A stretch of DNA of 9,097 nt from contig JBHGNT010001389.1 in the NCBI GenBank assembly GCA_043228905.1, positions 1-9,097 on the forward strand, read 5' to 3'. The stretch comes from Azolla caroliniana (lineage: Eukaryota > Plantae > Polypodiophyta). Within the stretch, counting starts at the first letter, position 1; every line of letters begins with the position of its first letter. The notes below the pieces were generated by a model. The model was not told the DNA's origin, did not search any database, and saw nothing but the letters and a program-made list of their open reading frames with translations. Positions 7,779-9,097 of the stretch are shown in pieces. The translations under genes and the position numbers were made by a program.

Positions 7779-9097
7779 GCGTACCAGTGCCTTCACGATC
7801 AGCCCGTGCCCGCGTTCTACCTTCCCGGTGGCCTCCAGATTGTATGCCGTGGTGAGAGAGAGCTTAACCCCTAGCCGGTCGAACAACTCCTTAGCTTCTT
7901 GCTCGTCTAGCTCTCCTCGGTCCGCCATGATCTTCCCTATGCACCCGTACCAACATACTACCTCTTCGTTCAGAAACCAGCAAACCGCCGCAGTCGTCTT
8001 GTTCTGCAGTGCGCGATCCTCCACTTGGTTAGTCAAATCATCCTGCGCAAGCACCAGGTACCGCATCTTCCCTACCCCTATTGGCATCGTCACTAAGTCT
8101 ACCATCCACTTGAAATGGACGGTTGGCGGGTAGGCCGGGTGTAGCTCATCTCGATGTCGGACTGTGGAGTGCACCTGACAGCTTTTGCACGTCATCACAA
8201 ACTGGTACACATCCCGGTACAACCCCAGCCGCCAATACTTCTCTTTCATTTTTTCGAACGTGTCCCATGTCTCGCGACGTCCGGCCCAAGGACTCTCGTT
8301 GTATGCCATTAACAACTTGTCTTTCTTGTCCTTTCTCGCCACTACGCGGAGTGGAACGCCGCCTCACTTCTTTGGGAGCTTCCATATACTTCCGTCCCGT
8401 AGGAAGAATCGGTAAGCTTTCTTCTGGATCCGGTTAGCCTCCTCTTTGGTCCATGTCGCGTCCGTCATCATTGTCCTCAGGAACCTTCCAATTTGGAGCC
8501 ACTTCCCGTCGTACTCGCTCTCGTTGAACTAGTTAAGCGTCGGAGTGCTCCCTACCCTTGTCGCTACGCGAGCCGACTCGAAGAAGTCTACGCTGACTTC
8601 TTTGTCCTCCGAAACCATGCCGTTCTCGTCGTCGAAATGTGCTCTAGAAAGCATATCGGCCATGGTGTTGTCCTTTCCGGAGATGTGTCGTATCTCCGGG
8701 TGCAGGGACTTAATGTACGCGATCCACCTAAGCATTGCCAGGTCCGGAGTCGTGCATCCGGAAACCATATCGAGGATCGGCAGGTAGTCTGTCTCAATGA
8801 TTACTTTTGTCCCGATCAAGTAGTCTTTATCGGCCTTGACCGCCGAAACGATACCCCATAGTTCGCGCTTAACTTGGGCGTATCCTTGCTGTCGCTCACT
8901 AAGAACCTTCGACCCGAACCAGATTGGGAACCGCGTGCCGCTCTCGTCCACCTGATTGATCACCTATCCTCTCCCGATCGGGCTTGTAACTAAGGTTACG
9001 TAGATTGGGACCTCCTTGCCGTAAACCGCTTTCCGGAGAGCTGGTGCCGCAGTAAGCGCCTCCTTCAGTCTCCGGATCAACTCCATATGCTCCTTGC
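7779..9097 (-). pseudogene. pol: pol fragment (RT connection, RNase H, integrase core) of an older, diverged relative, interrupted by LTR3
   Basis: ORFs 8529-8963 and 7755-8342 share one frame with stops at 8964-66, 8529-31 and 8364-66. RNase H motifs RELWG, ETDY and ADMLSR; integrase CKSC, VDLV, ADRGE and GKVER. Many third-position differences from 2396-3390. Confidence 0.94.

Overview
This window is made entirely of one family of decayed Ty3/Gypsy (Metaviridae-like), non-chromovirus LTR retrotransposons, all on the minus strand. The host is probably a plant, because the PBS matches the plant tRNA-Trp 3' end and the decay is C>T-rich; a Phygy/Selgy-like lineage is a guess. Layout on + coordinates: partial LTR1 (1-522), PPT and an integrase 3' fragment cut off at 1065; LTR2 (1066-1711), PPT, a nearly full gag-PR-RT-RH-IN internal region with stops, indels and a 320-bp RNase H deletion, an 18-nt tRNA-Trp PBS, and LTR3 (7119-7778); then an older, more diverged RH-IN fragment (7779-9097) interrupted by LTR3. 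Two observations stand out. First, a candidate -1 ribosomal frameshift cassette (G_GAU_UUU-UAG, 6-nt spacer, predicted H-type pseudoknot) lies AFTER the protease, implying an alpharetrovirus-like gag-PR / -1 / RT-RH-IN organisation. Second, the three-LTR nest has no matching TSD and LTR3 pairs with LTR1 rather than LTR2, implying self-insertion followed by recombination. No host genes are supported.
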